A DNA stretch of 64,000 nt from NCBI GenBank assembly GCA_964532175.1, contig CAZHGP010000001.1:21046-85045 (forward strand). Direction: 5' to 3'. Of this stretch, positions 19,207-29,088 are shown piece by piece (position 1 is the first letter of the stretch; every line of letters begins with the position of its first letter). The notes beneath the pieces are model-generated. The model searched no databases. It saw only the letters and a program-made list of their open reading frames with translations, and was not told where the DNA came from. Made by a program: the position numbers and the translations under genes. This DNA is from an uncultured Nitrososphaeria archaeon. GTDB lineage: Archaea > Thermoproteota > Nitrososphaeria_A > Caldarchaeales > JAVZCJ01.

Positions 19207-20305
19207 GAAACATAGGCACATATGTTAATATTAAAATAAGAATAACTATGCTTAATGCTATTTTCCTACTTTTAGAAAGAGGGGAATATTCATCTAAAGG
19301 TGGTATATCGATTGTTTGTGGCATCATGAATAATAATAATAAAGCCATAAACCAATATCCTGTTACACTCATGAATATTATTGCTATATAAGAAGCTATT
19401 TTATGTTTTTTTCTTGATAAAAAGGATCTAAATATTCTTCCACCGTCTAATTGCCATATTGGAAGCAAATTTAACGCAGTAACAATAGAACCAAGCCATG
19501 CTGCAAATCCCAATGGTGTAGGAATTAATCTTTCGTCTGTTGAAAGCTTTATAAATGGACTTAATATTATTCCTAAAACATAAAATAATAATGGCGATTG
19601 TACTTCAATAAAATATCCCGATTCTTTCCATCTTTCTATTTGTGATAGAGAAGCTGGAAGTGCTGTAAGAAATGCAAATATTCCAACAATAATTGTCATT
19701 AGAAAACTTATTAATGGTCCACTGAAACCCATATCGAATAAATCATCTTTATTCACAACAGGTTCTCTTTGTAATATTACTGCACCATAAGTTGGTAAAT
19801 GTCCTGGTATACCTGGTATAAAATATGGCAAACTTGTATCTATTCCATTTTTTTTGGAAGAATATTTATGACTTAATTCATGTAAACCAAAAATAGATAA
19901 TACAGCTATAGTAAATAATGCTGCTTCACTAGCTATCTTAAAAGGTGTAAGTGGTCCAATAAGTTCTTCATAAAATTGAGCCGTAGATCTTAATATTCCA
20001 TCTATAAATGTTGTTAAAATTGTTGCAATAAATAATATATATGGCATTTTTGTCTTTTTTATTGGATGTTTAATAAATTGATTTATTTTTAAAATTAGCT
20101 TTTCTCCATCTTTTCTCATTATAGGAATTAAATCCATTTCTTTTAGATCTTTTACAAGTTTTTTAAAATCTTCTTTATAATTTCCTTCAGATAATACGAA
20201 TGTTAATACTCCATATTCATAGTATAAATCTTCTACTTTAAATCTAGAATTAACTATAGCTTTCACTTTTTCAAGTTTATCTTCATATTCGATATATGAA
20301 CACAT
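19193..20305 (-). CDS. Site-2 protease, M50-family intramembrane metalloprotease
   Basis: HExxH in a TM segment (FGLHELSHKY) plus the LDGG motif (WQLDGGRIF). Multiple TM helices. Confidence 0.8.
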   Translation of the reverse strand: MCSYIEYEDKLEKVKAIVNSRFKVEDLYYEYGVLTFVLSEGNYKEDFKKLVKDLKEMDLIPIMRKDGEKLILKINQFIKHPIKKTKMPYILFIATILTTFIDGILRSTAQFYEELIGPLTPFKIASEAALFTIAVLSIFGLHELSHKYSSKKNGIDTSLPYFIPGIPGHLPTYGAVILQREPVVNKDDLFDMGFSGPLISFLMTIIVGIFAFLTALPASLSQIERWKESGYFIEVQSPLLFYVLGIILSPFIKLSTDERLIPTPLGFAAWLGSIVTALNLLPIWQLDGGRIFRSFLSRKKHKIASYIAIIFMSVTGYWFMALLLLFMMPQTIDIPPLDEYSPLSKSRKIALSIVILILILTYVPMFPILL

Positions 20306-20429
20306 TTTTCTTTATTTTAAAATATTTATTAATTAAAAAACTTTTATTTAAATGATTTTAATTAAAGTAAAAATTTATCTATTTTGATAAAAATTTTATA
20401 ATTAGAAATTTAGAGAGGGCTTAGAAAAA

Positions 20430-20957
20430 TTGTTTTATACTTTAATAAACTTATTATTAGCAATATTTTTAAATAGAGAAAATTTTATCATTATAAGAAA
20501 TGCTGAAAAAGATGATTTAATAAAAGTTATTGAAATAAATAGACGCTGCCTTCCAGAAAATTATTCTTACACATTTTTTGAAGCTCTTCTTAGAGATTAT
20601 CCAAAATCTTTTTTTGTAGCAGAAACTTATGAAGGAGAAATTGTTGGATATGTAATGTGTAGAGTTGAAAGAGTATTATCTAAAATTAGTTCTTTTAGAA
20701 TTAAAAAGAGTGGACATATAATTTCTATAGCAGTTATACCAGAATATAGAGGATTAGGTATAGGAAAATTACTTATGCAAAATGCTTTAAAAGCTCTTAA
20801 AGAAGAATATGGATGTGAAGAAAGCTTTTTAGAAGTAAGAGTTTCTAATAAAATTGCTATAAAACTTTATTTAGATTTAGGCTATAAAATAGTTGATGTT
20901 CTTAAATCATATTATATTGATGGAGAAGATGCTTATATGATGGTAAAAGCTTTATGA
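20430..20957 (+). CDS. GNAT N-acetyltransferase, RimI/Ard1-like
   Basis: IIRNAEKDDLIKVIEINRRCLPENYSYTFF, and ISIAVIPEYRGLGIGKLLM is the acetyl-CoA-binding R-x-x-G-x-G motif. The start is uncertain (TTG). Confidence 0.7.
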   Translation: MFYTLINLLLAIFLNRENFIIIRNAEKDDLIKVIEINRRCLPENYSYTFFEALLRDYPKSFFVAETYEGEIVGYVMCRVERVLSKISSFRIKKSGHIISIAVIPEYRGLGIGKLLMQNALKALKEEYGCEESFLEVRVSNKIAIKLYLDLGYKIVDVLKSYYIDGEDAYMMVKAL

Positions 20958-20999
20958 AAAAATAAATTTATCTTTTAGTTTTTCTTTATTTTTTATAAA

Positions 21000-22184
21000 A
21001 TGAGTAATGAAAAGATTGAAAAAATCAAAGCTAATTCCTTTTTAATTTCTTCTGCACCTGCTAGAGCAGATTTTTTAAATACTCATCAAGATTATAAAGG
21101 CTTACCAGTTGTTCCAATAGCTATAAATCTTAGAACATATTTTTTTGCAATTAAAGAAATTAATGGAAAATTTAAAATAATTAGTCTAAATTTAAAGAAA
21201 CAAGGAGTAGAATATATTGATACATTCAACATTCCTAAAGTAAATTTAAAACCTGGAAGGTGGTTTGGAAATTATTTAAGAAGTGTATTTATTGCTTTAC
21301 AAAAATATATTAGAAAAAATTTTAATAAAGGTCTCGAAATATTAATTGAAAGTGAAATTCCAGTAGCAAGTGGATTAGCTAGTAGTGCAGCTTTAGAAGT
21401 TGCTTTTACTAAATTATTAAGCGAGTATTATGATTTGAATTTATCTCTTGAAGAAATTGCTGAGATTAGTTTTATAGCTGAAAATAAAATTTTTGGAATT
21501 CCATGTGGAAGATTAGATCAATATGGTTCATCTTTTGGTAAATCTATAATTTTATATCCAAAGCCTCCTGTAAAAGTAGAATCTTTACCAATAAGCGATA
21601 TAAATATAATAGTTGTTGATTCTGGAATTAGACATAGTGTAGCTGATATTCATCCAAAAAGACAAGAAGAAATTAATATAGGTTTAAAACAATTAATGGA
21701 ATCTTCTATTGTTCCAAAAGAAATTAAAGAAAAACTTGGATATAGATTTGATGAGCCTAAATGGAATGAAATAAAAATGGAAGAAATTGAAAAATATTTA
21801 AAATTAATAAATAATATTTCAGCTAAACGTATTTTATATACTATAAAAACTCATGAATCAACATTAAGAGCAATTGAAATAATTAAATCAAATATGATAA
21901 AAAATAAATTATATGTATTAGGAGAAATAATGAATGAGCAACATGAATTTATGAGAGATTTATATGATTTAAGCCTTCCTAAAATAGAGAAAATAAGGAA
22001 TGAAATGTTAAATTCTGGAGCATTAGGAGTTAAGATAAGTGGTGCAGGTTTAGGTGGTTGTCTTATAGGAATTTATGATAAAAAAGAAAATGGAAATAAA
22101 ATATTAGAATCAGCAATAAAGGCAGGTGCTACAAATGGATGGATATTAAAAATAGATGAAGGTGTTAAAGCAAAATGGAGGTAA
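21000..22184 (+). CDS. galK: GHMP kinase; galactokinase by context
   Basis: PVASGLASSAALEVA GHMP motif. It lies directly upstream of galT. Confidence 0.65.
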   Translation: MSNEKIEKIKANSFLISSAPARADFLNTHQDYKGLPVVPIAINLRTYFFAIKEINGKFKIISLNLKKQGVEYIDTFNIPKVNLKPGRWFGNYLRSVFIALQKYIRKNFNKGLEILIESEIPVASGLASSAALEVAFTKLLSEYYDLNLSLEEIAEISFIAENKIFGIPCGRLDQYGSSFGKSIILYPKPPVKVESLPISDINIIVVDSGIRHSVADIHPKRQEEINIGLKQLMESSIVPKEIKEKLGYRFDEPKWNEIKMEEIEKYLKLINNISAKRILYTIKTHESTLRAIEIIKSNMIKNKLYVLGEIMNEQHEFMRDLYDLSLPKIEKIRNEMLNSGALGVKISGAGLGGCLIGIYDKKENGNKILESAIKAGATNGWILKIDEGVKAKWR

Positions 22185-22190
22185 AAAATA

Positions 22191-23189
22191 TTGAGTAATG
22201 AATTAAGATGGAATCCTTTATTGGGTACATGGATAATAGTATCTAGTAAAAGGAAAATTAGGCCATGGAGATTAGAAGAATGTCCATTTTGTCCAGGAAC
22301 TCCTGAAACAGGATATAATTGGCAAACACTTGTGTTGAACAATCTTTATCCAGCTTTAAGAATAGATCCTAAAACTTCTAGAGAAAGTTTTGATATTTAT
22401 AAAGTTAAGCCTGGATATGGATATTGTAAAGTAGTCATAGAGGCTCCTGAGCATGTTGGTGATTTAGATAGTATTCCATTTAAAAATTTAATTTTTTATC
22501 TTAAAGATTTAAAAGAAGAAACAATAAAACTTTGTAATGATGAAAAAATACGATACGTAGCTTGTTTTCGTAACAAAGGTGAAATAATAGGCGTATCGCT
22601 TACACATCCACATTCACAAATTTATGCTCTTCCTTTTATTCCTCCAAGAATAAAAATAGAATTAAAAAATGCAAAAAGATTTTATAAAGAAAAAAGTGAA
22701 TGCCTCTTTTGTCATATAATTAAAATAGAGAAAAAAGAGTTTGATCGTTTAATATATTCAAATAAATCTTTCATAAGCTTTTTACCATTTTTTGCTATGT
22801 GGCCTTATGAAGTACATATATATTCTGAAAAACATATAAATAGCATTATTGAATTAAATGAGGAAGAAATAGAAGATTTAGCAGATATAATAAAAGTAAC
22901 TATTGCAATGTATAATTCTCTTTTTGATTTTAGTTTACCATATATTATGTTTATCCATAATTCTCCATGTAGAAAAAATTATCCATATTATCATTTTCAT
23001 ATAGAATTTTATCCAATTCATAGATCAAAAGATAAATTAAAATATGCTGCTGGAATAGAATGGGGTGCATGGGTTTTTACATATGATGATATTCCAGAAA
23101 ATAAAGTTAAAGAATTAAAAGAAGCTTTAAATAAAGCTTTAAAGAAATTGGAAAATGAAGGATATAAAGCTAAAGGTACTGTTTTTTAA
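22191..23189 (+). CDS. galT: Galactose-1-phosphate uridylyltransferase (HIT superfamily)
   Basis: The N-terminus RWNPLLGTWIIVSSKRKIRPW with CPFCPG zinc motif, and an HxHxH-like HFHIEFYP. Confidence 0.75.
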   Translation: MSNELRWNPLLGTWIIVSSKRKIRPWRLEECPFCPGTPETGYNWQTLVLNNLYPALRIDPKTSRESFDIYKVKPGYGYCKVVIEAPEHVGDLDSIPFKNLIFYLKDLKEETIKLCNDEKIRYVACFRNKGEIIGVSLTHPHSQIYALPFIPPRIKIELKNAKRFYKEKSECLFCHIIKIEKKEFDRLIYSNKSFISFLPFFAMWPYEVHIYSEKHINSIIELNEEEIEDLADIIKVTIAMYNSLFDFSLPYIMFIHNSPCRKNYPYYHFHIEFYPIHRSKDKLKYAAGIEWGAWVFTYDDIPENKVKELKEALNKALKKLENEGYKAKGTVF

Positions 23190-23201
23190 TATATTTATTC
23201 T

Positions 23202-23522
23202 TCATTCCATTTCTAAATTATGAGAAATAACATTTATTATTGGAATACTTAATGTATTTGGATCAAGTGAAATATTATCTCCAAAACCTATTTTTCCAGT
23301 TGTTCTATTGAAATAAACAAATTTATTCTTTATAGGTTCTATTATTTTAGTATAGAAAATAACTGGTATACTACTTGGAACTATTTCAAAAAATACAAAT
23401 GCTATATTTTCAGATTCCCCTTTTTTAAAAATATTTATGAATGGTATTGGTAATGAAGAAGCTAAAATTACTATTTCATCAAAACTTTTTATTTCTATTA
23501 AAATATTCTTCTTCTTTTCCAT
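23202..23522 (-). CDS. Hypothetical protein
   Basis: ORF only. Confidence 0.3.
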   Translation of the reverse strand: MEKKKNILIEIKSFDEIVILASSLPIPFINIFKKGESENIAFVFFEIVPSSIPVIFYTKIIEPIKNKFVYFNRTTGKIGFGDNISLDPNTLSIPIINVISHNLEME

Positions 23523-23669
23523 TTCAAATAAAAAAATATTTAGAAGCTTTTAAATTTTTATTTTTTTATTCTTTTGCCCTCAGAAACCCTGTGTTTTCAT
23601 CATCTTTTTTCTAGTGAGCTGGTTTCATCATTGAGCAATATTATTCTTTAAAAAGGTAATATTTTAATT

Positions 23670-24383
23670 TTAAATTGCTTTTATTTTATTTATATCTATT
23701 TTTGAATTTAGAAATATTGTAATATAAGGTAAATTATAAAATTCTACATTAATTTTTTCAAGAAAATCTTTCAATGCTCTTACATAAAGTATTGTACAAT
23801 ATTCATTTGAATGAATTTTTGTTTCATATAAAGATAATATTATTGGTAAAATAATTATTTTTATAGAACCTTTATTATAAATTTTTTCTAATAATTTTTC
23901 TAAAATTTTTGCTCTAAAATATTGTTTTTTACTTGCAATTTCTAAATTTTTTCCTATTAAAGGTTTACTCCATCTTTTACAATCAAATAATAATATTAAA
24001 TTTTCTTTTATTGCTAAAATATCTATTTCTGTTCTTTTCTTATTTTCTTTAATTCTAAAATTTTTAATAACATCATATCCATAAATATTTAATATTTTTG
24101 AAGAAAATTTTTCAAAATCTTTCCAATTTAAGAATTTTACTAATTCTTCTATATTTACTCCAGAAGCTAATGCTTCAAAAGCAATTGATAATTTTTCAAT
24201 TTCATTTATTGAAATCTCTTGATTTATTTTTAAATTAATATTTTTCAAAACTTCTTCTAAAACATTCTTCGAAACATTTGAATATTCCATTAATTCTTTA
24301 AAAGAAAACTTTTCCTTATTCTTAGTAAATCTTATTATATTTAATAATATTCTTTGCTTAACTTCAGTTTTTATACTAGACAA
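23670..24383 (-). CDS. wHTH plus Mrr-cat-like (PD-(D/E)xK restriction-endonuclease fold) protein
   Basis: WKDFEKFSSKILNIYGYDV … EIDILAIKENLILLFDCKRW follows the Mrr_cat pattern (W-x-x-FE … GY … D-I-D/E … Q/D-C-K-R). The N-terminus is helical and wHTH-like. Confidence 0.45.
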   Translation of the reverse strand: MSSIKTEVKQRILLNIIRFTKNKEKFSFKELMEYSNVSKNVLEEVLKNINLKINQEISINEIEKLSIAFEALASGVNIEELVKFLNWKDFEKFSSKILNIYGYDVIKNFRIKENKKRTEIDILAIKENLILLFDCKRWSKPLIGKNLEIASKKQYFRAKILEKLLEKIYNKGSIKIIILPIILSLYETKIHSNEYCTILYVRALKDFLEKINVEFYNLPYITIFLNSKIDINKIKAI

Positions 24384-24432
24384 GTTCCTTTCTTTTTTAA
24401 TTTTAAGTAATTATTTATTTAAATGTATCTAA

Positions 24433-24726
24433 TTAAATTCCTAATTTTTCAAGTTTTTTCTTTGCTTTAGCTATAGCTTCAGCTTTCATTAAAGATACTT
24501 CTTCAGGTGAAACTTCTTCAATTGTTTTTCTTTTAATTTTTAATGCACAAATTCCATTTGGTAATAGTTTTCTTTGTAAACATACAGCATATTTGCATTT
24601 CCCGCCTATGCATATATCATTAGCCCATTTGCATATATATTTTCTAGACCTAGTATCTAAAGATTTTTGAGCACATCTAAAAAGTCTACAAAAAGGGGTA
24701 CAAGCTTTCCCCTCAGAATTAGCCAA
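24433..24726 (-). CDS. Small Cys-rich protein (10 Cys), putative metal-binding
   Basis: CTPFC…C…C…C…C…C…C…C spacing with a C-terminal Lys-rich helix. Confidence 0.35.
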   Translation of the reverse strand: MANSEGKACTPFCRLFRCAQKSLDTRSRKYICKWANDICIGGKCKYAVCLQRKLLPNGICALKIKRKTIEEVSPEEVSLMKAEAIAKAKKKLEKLGI

Positions 24727-24779
24727 ATTTTTTCACACCCTAAAATTTACCCCTTGCCCAATTCCAATAATTATTAATA

Positions 24780-26495
24780 TTACTCTTCCTTTTTAAATTT
24801 TCTTTTTATAATTGGATAAAGATATATTAAAAATATTATGAAAAATGATATACTTATTAAGAATATTACAAGAATTTCCATTTTTATTATTGAATTAAAA
24901 ATTTTAACTATAGATTTTAAAATAATATTTTTAGTTTGCGGCTCTTTTATATAAAATGTATCTGTATAATATTCTTCATCATTTATGAAAATACTTATTC
25001 TAACTTTTCCTGGAAAAGGAATTATAATTTTTAGAGAATTATTCATCATTCTATTAGAAAAAATATTTTCTTCATTAAAATCTATTTTTACATAGGCTTC
25101 TTCTAAATTGTTTCCAAAAAAATCTTTAATAAATATTTCAATTGGAATATTCAAATTAACATTTTTTATGATTTTTTCCGGATTATCTATTTTTATTTTT
25201 TCTTGAAGTACTGTAATATTGTTTTTTATAACTATTATATCATATCCTCCATATAGAAGCTTTAATACGATCGAACCATCGCTACCAGTAATGCCTTCAT
25301 AAATTCTATCAATATCTGCTTTATCTATCAATTTTACTTTAGCATTTTCAATAGGTTTTCCAATTCTATCTAAAAGAATAATTTTAACTTCTTTTAATGG
25401 AACAATTATTGTTTTTACTTCTTCATGTGAAGCTAATGTGAGATTAGCTTCAATTATTTCTTCTCCCCCTCTTAAAACTTTTACAAAATATTCTCCAACA
25501 TTTTTTGATAATGGTACTTCTTCTATTTTTGCTTCTCCATTATTATCTGTATTTATTCTTTTAAAATTAGATAAATATCTATGAGAAAAAATTAATGTTA
25601 CATTTTTTAATGGTTTTTGATCAGAATCTATTACTTTTGTTATTATCCTTCCTACTTCGCATATAGCACTCAAACTAATACTTTTATCTATAAATTTTGT
25701 TTCATTATAAACAATTCCTCCATTAATTTCTATATTTATTCTATATTCTCCTACATTTTCTATATTTGATGAAGGTATTTGTTCAAAACTTACTTTCCCA
25801 TCAACGCTTAATAATGTTCTACTTATATTCTTCCCTTTATTATAAATCATTACTTTTGCTTTTTCAATTGGTCTTCCTTCTAAATTTACAACAGAAATAT
25901 TTATATTTACAAGATTTGCTATAAGCTTAATAGGTCCAACTGGAATATACAATTCTCTTGAAGCTACTAAGTATCCTTCATAATGAACTTCTAAAACATA
26001 TTTATCTATTTTTTCTAAAATTGAATATGGCAATTTTTCAAAAATAATTATTCCTGAACTATTTGTTTCCCCTTTTCTAGTAAAGTTTCCTAATGGGCAT
26101 TTTAAAATGACTTCTTTATTTTTAAAAGGTTTTCCATCAATATCTACTATTGTAACAGTCAAACTTCCAAATGGAATAATTAATATTACTTCGCTTTCTT
26201 CAGGAAAAGAAACTTCTGTAGTATTTAATCTTATTCCTTCATATAAAACAGATATATTATACTTCCCTTTTCCTATACCTTTAAATTCAGCCCATCCAGA
26301 AGAATTTGTTAAAAATCTATGTACATAAGTTTTATTTTCTAATAAAACATCCATGTTTCCTTGAGGAATTCCATTTTGATCTATAACTAGGACTTTTAAA
26401 CTTAAAATATTTTCTTCAGTATGAGCAATTTGTAAATTAAATACTATCAAAAATAAAGAAAAAATTGATAATAAAATTAATGTTTTCTTCTGCAT
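24780..26495 (-). CDS. Cell-surface protein with repeated about 80-90 aa beta-sandwich (carboxypeptidase-regulatory-like) domains, signal peptide and C-terminal TM anchor
   Basis: Hydrophobic N-terminus LILLSIFSLFLIVFNLQIA. Repeated V-x-V-x-D-x-x-G-x-P motif. C-terminus ILVIFLISISFFIIFLIYLYPIIKRKFKK. Confidence 0.5.
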   Translation of the reverse strand: MQKKTLILLSIFSLFLIVFNLQIAHTEENILSLKVLVIDQNGIPQGNMDVLLENKTYVHRFLTNSSGWAEFKGIGKGKYNISVLYEGIRLNTTEVSFPEESEVILIIPFGSLTVTIVDIDGKPFKNKEVILKCPLGNFTRKGETNSSGIIIFEKLPYSILEKIDKYVLEVHYEGYLVASRELYIPVGPIKLIANLVNINISVVNLEGRPIEKAKVMIYNKGKNISRTLLSVDGKVSFEQIPSSNIENVGEYRINIEINGGIVYNETKFIDKSISLSAICEVGRIITKVIDSDQKPLKNVTLIFSHRYLSNFKRINTDNNGEAKIEEVPLSKNVGEYFVKVLRGGEEIIEANLTLASHEEVKTIIVPLKEVKIILLDRIGKPIENAKVKLIDKADIDRIYEGITGSDGSIVLKLLYGGYDIIVIKNNITVLQEKIKIDNPEKIIKNVNLNIPIEIFIKDFFGNNLEEAYVKIDFNEENIFSNRMMNNSLKIIIPFPGKVRISIFINDEEYYTDTFYIKEPQTKNIILKSIVKIFNSIIKMEILVIFLISISFFIIFLIYLYPIIKRKFKKEE

Positions 26496-26795
26496 CTTTT
26501 CCCACTCTTTCTTAAGTTTCTTTTATCAATTAAATTCTAATATAAAAGCTTATTTGTTCTTTATATTTATTTTAATAGAAAAATCAATTTTTATCTAAAA
26601 TAGCAAATGAAGATTTAAAATAATTATAGAGTTTATTCTTAGAAAATTTAAGATATAAATTTTAAAGTTATTACATAAATTCATTACAATTTTTTATTTT
26701 TATAAATATATGAGCCTATTAGATGTAACAATAAATCTTTTTTTTTAGCAATTATAAGAGGGTTTATTAAAGATATCAGCATAACTTAATAATAA

Positions 26796-27857
26796 TTATA
26801 GAAAATTATCTTCTGTATCTTTAAATTTTTCTTTCCATTTTTTAATTGCTTGTGGGTTAAGCGTTGTTTCAGGTACTTGCCCTTTTAATGCTTTAATACA
26901 ACAATTAACTTGTGCTAATGTTAATGCTCTTTCCATTTCTGGAGTTAATCCAGATACATGAGGAGAAAGTAATAACTTATCATAAATCTCTGGAGATAAT
27001 AATGGAGAATTTATTGGAGGTTCTTTTTCAAAAACATCTAATGCAGCTCCTGCAATCCATCCTTCTTTTAATGCTTTAGCTAAAGCTTCTTCATCGATTA
27101 TTGCTCCTCTTGCAGTATTAATAATATATGCATTATGTTTCATCTTCTTTAATACATTTTCATTAATTATATGTTTAGTTTCAGGTGTTAAAATTGCATG
27201 AATACATAAAAAGTCAGATTCTTTAATTAGTGTATCAAAATCTACCATATTAACATCAAGTAATAATTCTTTCTCTCTTGAAACATATGGATCGTATACA
27301 ATTATCTTAACTCCCCAAGGTTTCATTAATTTTGCAACATAAGAACCAATCCTTCCAAATCCAAGTATGCCAATAGTTTTCCCTCTTATATAAACCCCTC
27401 TTAATTTATCATAATTGCTTAACCATTTATTTTCTTTAACATTTCTATCACATATTAAAATTTTTTTAGCTATAGCTAATAATCTTGCAACAGTACCTTC
27501 TGCTACACCAATATAATCTTCTGGAACTGGTGTATTTGCTACTATTACACCATATTTTGTAGCACTTTCAATATCAATATTATCAACACCTACTCCTGCT
27601 TTAACTACGATCTTTAACTTTGGTAAATTTGCAAATATTTTTTCAGTAAGTTTTTCTCTTGCAATTAATAATATAGCATCAAAATCTTTTCCTTTATCGA
27701 TTATTTCATCTTCAGAATATGGTTTATCTGCTTCTGTTTGGAGTCTACCAATCTCAACATTAATACCTTCTTTTTCAAGAATTTCTTTTCCTTCTAAATA
27801 AACATCTGGCATTGGTTCAATCCACCAAACTCTTTTATTTTTTAAATTAAAGTTCAT
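26796..27857 (-). CDS. D-isomer-specific 2-hydroxyacid dehydrogenase (glyoxylate/hydroxypyruvate reductase or PGDH-like)
   Basis: GKTIGILGFGRIGSYVAKL NAD-binding motif. Confidence 0.75.
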   Translation of the reverse strand: MNFNLKNKRVWWIEPMPDVYLEGKEILEKEGINVEIGRLQTEADKPYSEDEIIDKGKDFDAILLIAREKLTEKIFANLPKLKIVVKAGVGVDNIDIESATKYGVIVANTPVPEDYIGVAEGTVARLLAIAKKILICDRNVKENKWLSNYDKLRGVYIRGKTIGILGFGRIGSYVAKLMKPWGVKIIVYDPYVSREKELLLDVNMVDFDTLIKESDFLCIHAILTPETKHIINENVLKKMKHNAYIINTARGAIIDEEALAKALKEGWIAGAALDVFEKEPPINSPLLSPEIYDKLLLSPHVSGLTPEMERALTLAQVNCCIKALKGQVPETTLNPQAIKKWKEKFKDTEDNFL

Positions 27858-28151
27858 TTTTATCCCCTCTTATTTTACAATAATTTGATAATGTTTATTT
27901 AAAGATTTAAAATTTCTCCAAACTTACTTTTAGTTGATTTAGTCTTTTTTTTATTATAATCATAAAATTTATTTCCAAATCTTAAGTATATAATAGAAGA
28001 ATGATCAGAAAATAGATTTAAAATAATAGGAAAGCAATAAGGAAATAGTATAAAAAATAAAAAGAATTGATGATTAATCATAAATGTTTATTTGCTCTTT
28101 ATCGTATGAGAGTTATCTATTCCGCAATAAAAATGAGGCTTGTCAAGGACT

Positions 28152-28169
28152 GTTGACTTGCTAGTCAAC
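28152..28169. promoter_or_regulatory. Perfect palindrome gttgact-tgct-agtcaac upstream of the ArsR-like gene, with a TATA-like ttatata about 25 nt before the ATG
   Basis: Seen directly: 7 bp arms with a 4 bp spacer at 28152-28169, and ttatata at 28180-28186. Confidence 0.4.
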
Positions 28170-28205
28170 CTAATAGAATTATATAGGCGTTTGTTACCTT
28201 AAAGA

Positions 28206-28640
28206 ATGATGAGTATGAGTTCGGATGATGTGTTTGAAGCGATTTCTCATCCATTGCGAGTTGAGATTATAAAGGTGTTGGCTAAAGGACCCAGACGTTT
28301 TGCTGATATTAAGAGGGAGCTAAGGATTGAGAGTAGCGGCCTTTTGGATTTTCATTTAAAAAAGCTGGACAATCTAATTTCAATAAATGAGGAAAGCCTC
28401 TACGTTTTAAACGAGAGAGGTTTCACTGCACTTCAAGCTATTGAAGCCTTATCCAAATATGGCTGGCAGAAAAGAGCATTTTACATAAATCTCTTGTTTT
28501 CCATCTTGATGAACATTTACATCATGCTAACAATGGTGGAATGGTTTCCATTCGTGCTGGCCATATCTGCAGCGTGGATGGTTTTTTATAGTTACTGGAC
28601 ATTTATTAGAAGGCATGTATCTCTTAAGCTTAGATCTTGA
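28206..28640 (+). CDS. ArsR-family wHTH regulator fused to C-terminal transmembrane helices
   Basis: DVFEAISHPLRVEIIKVLAKGPRRFADIKREL is the ArsR HTH. The C-terminus has two hydrophobic helices (INLLFSILMNIYIMLTMV, FPFVLAISAAWMVFY). The gene is much more GC-rich, with G/C-ending codons, than its neighbours. Confidence 0.55.
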   Translation: MMSMSSDDVFEAISHPLRVEIIKVLAKGPRRFADIKRELRIESSGLLDFHLKKLDNLISINEESLYVLNERGFTALQAIEALSKYGWQKRAFYINLLFSILMNIYIMLTMVEWFPFVLAISAAWMVFYSYWTFIRRHVSLKLRS

Positions 28641-29088
28641 GAGGAAGATTTTAAAAATAGTAAAGGAAATGAGAAAAATTAAAGAATATAAAAAGAGAAG
28701 TAAAAGCTTTTAGATACTTTAGTGAAGATAGAAAAAACCCATCAAAAATTAAAAGGGGATTTTCAGGTATAAGCTTACTAATATAGAGAAGGATGGTGCG
28801 GTGGATCAAATTTTAAAAGATTTTAATAGAGATGCTTATAGCAAAGTCCATTTGGAATTGCGGTAATAATTGGAGTGGTTAAAGATTATAATATAAATGA
28901 TGTAACTATAGAAGTTGATGTGTTAATTATGTGAGTTCCTAAGAAAGGAGAACTCGAAATAATTTGTAAGCCTACTTGGTAGATTAAAAAATAAAACATT
29001 TATTTTATTGGACCATACTTCATTACTTCTGGTTTGATTCCATATAAATGAATTTCCTTTTTTAATGGAAAGGCTTTTAATATTTTTT

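Noticed and set aside
23523-23669. Short direct repeat gtttcatcat and slightly GC-richer patch considered as a small RNA or tRNA fragment
   Set aside because: No stable stem-loop or conserved RNA motif could be drawn. It most likely lies within the 3' UTR/terminator region of the 106-aa gene (23202-23522, minus strand), upstream of the stop of the 237-aa gene.
27899-28081. 60-aa ORF on the minus strand between the 2-hydroxyacid dehydrogenase and the ArsR-like gene
   Set aside because: Hydrophobic low-complexity translation with no start context. It spans the compositional boundary of the GC-shifted islet and is more likely a non-coding promoter/junction region.
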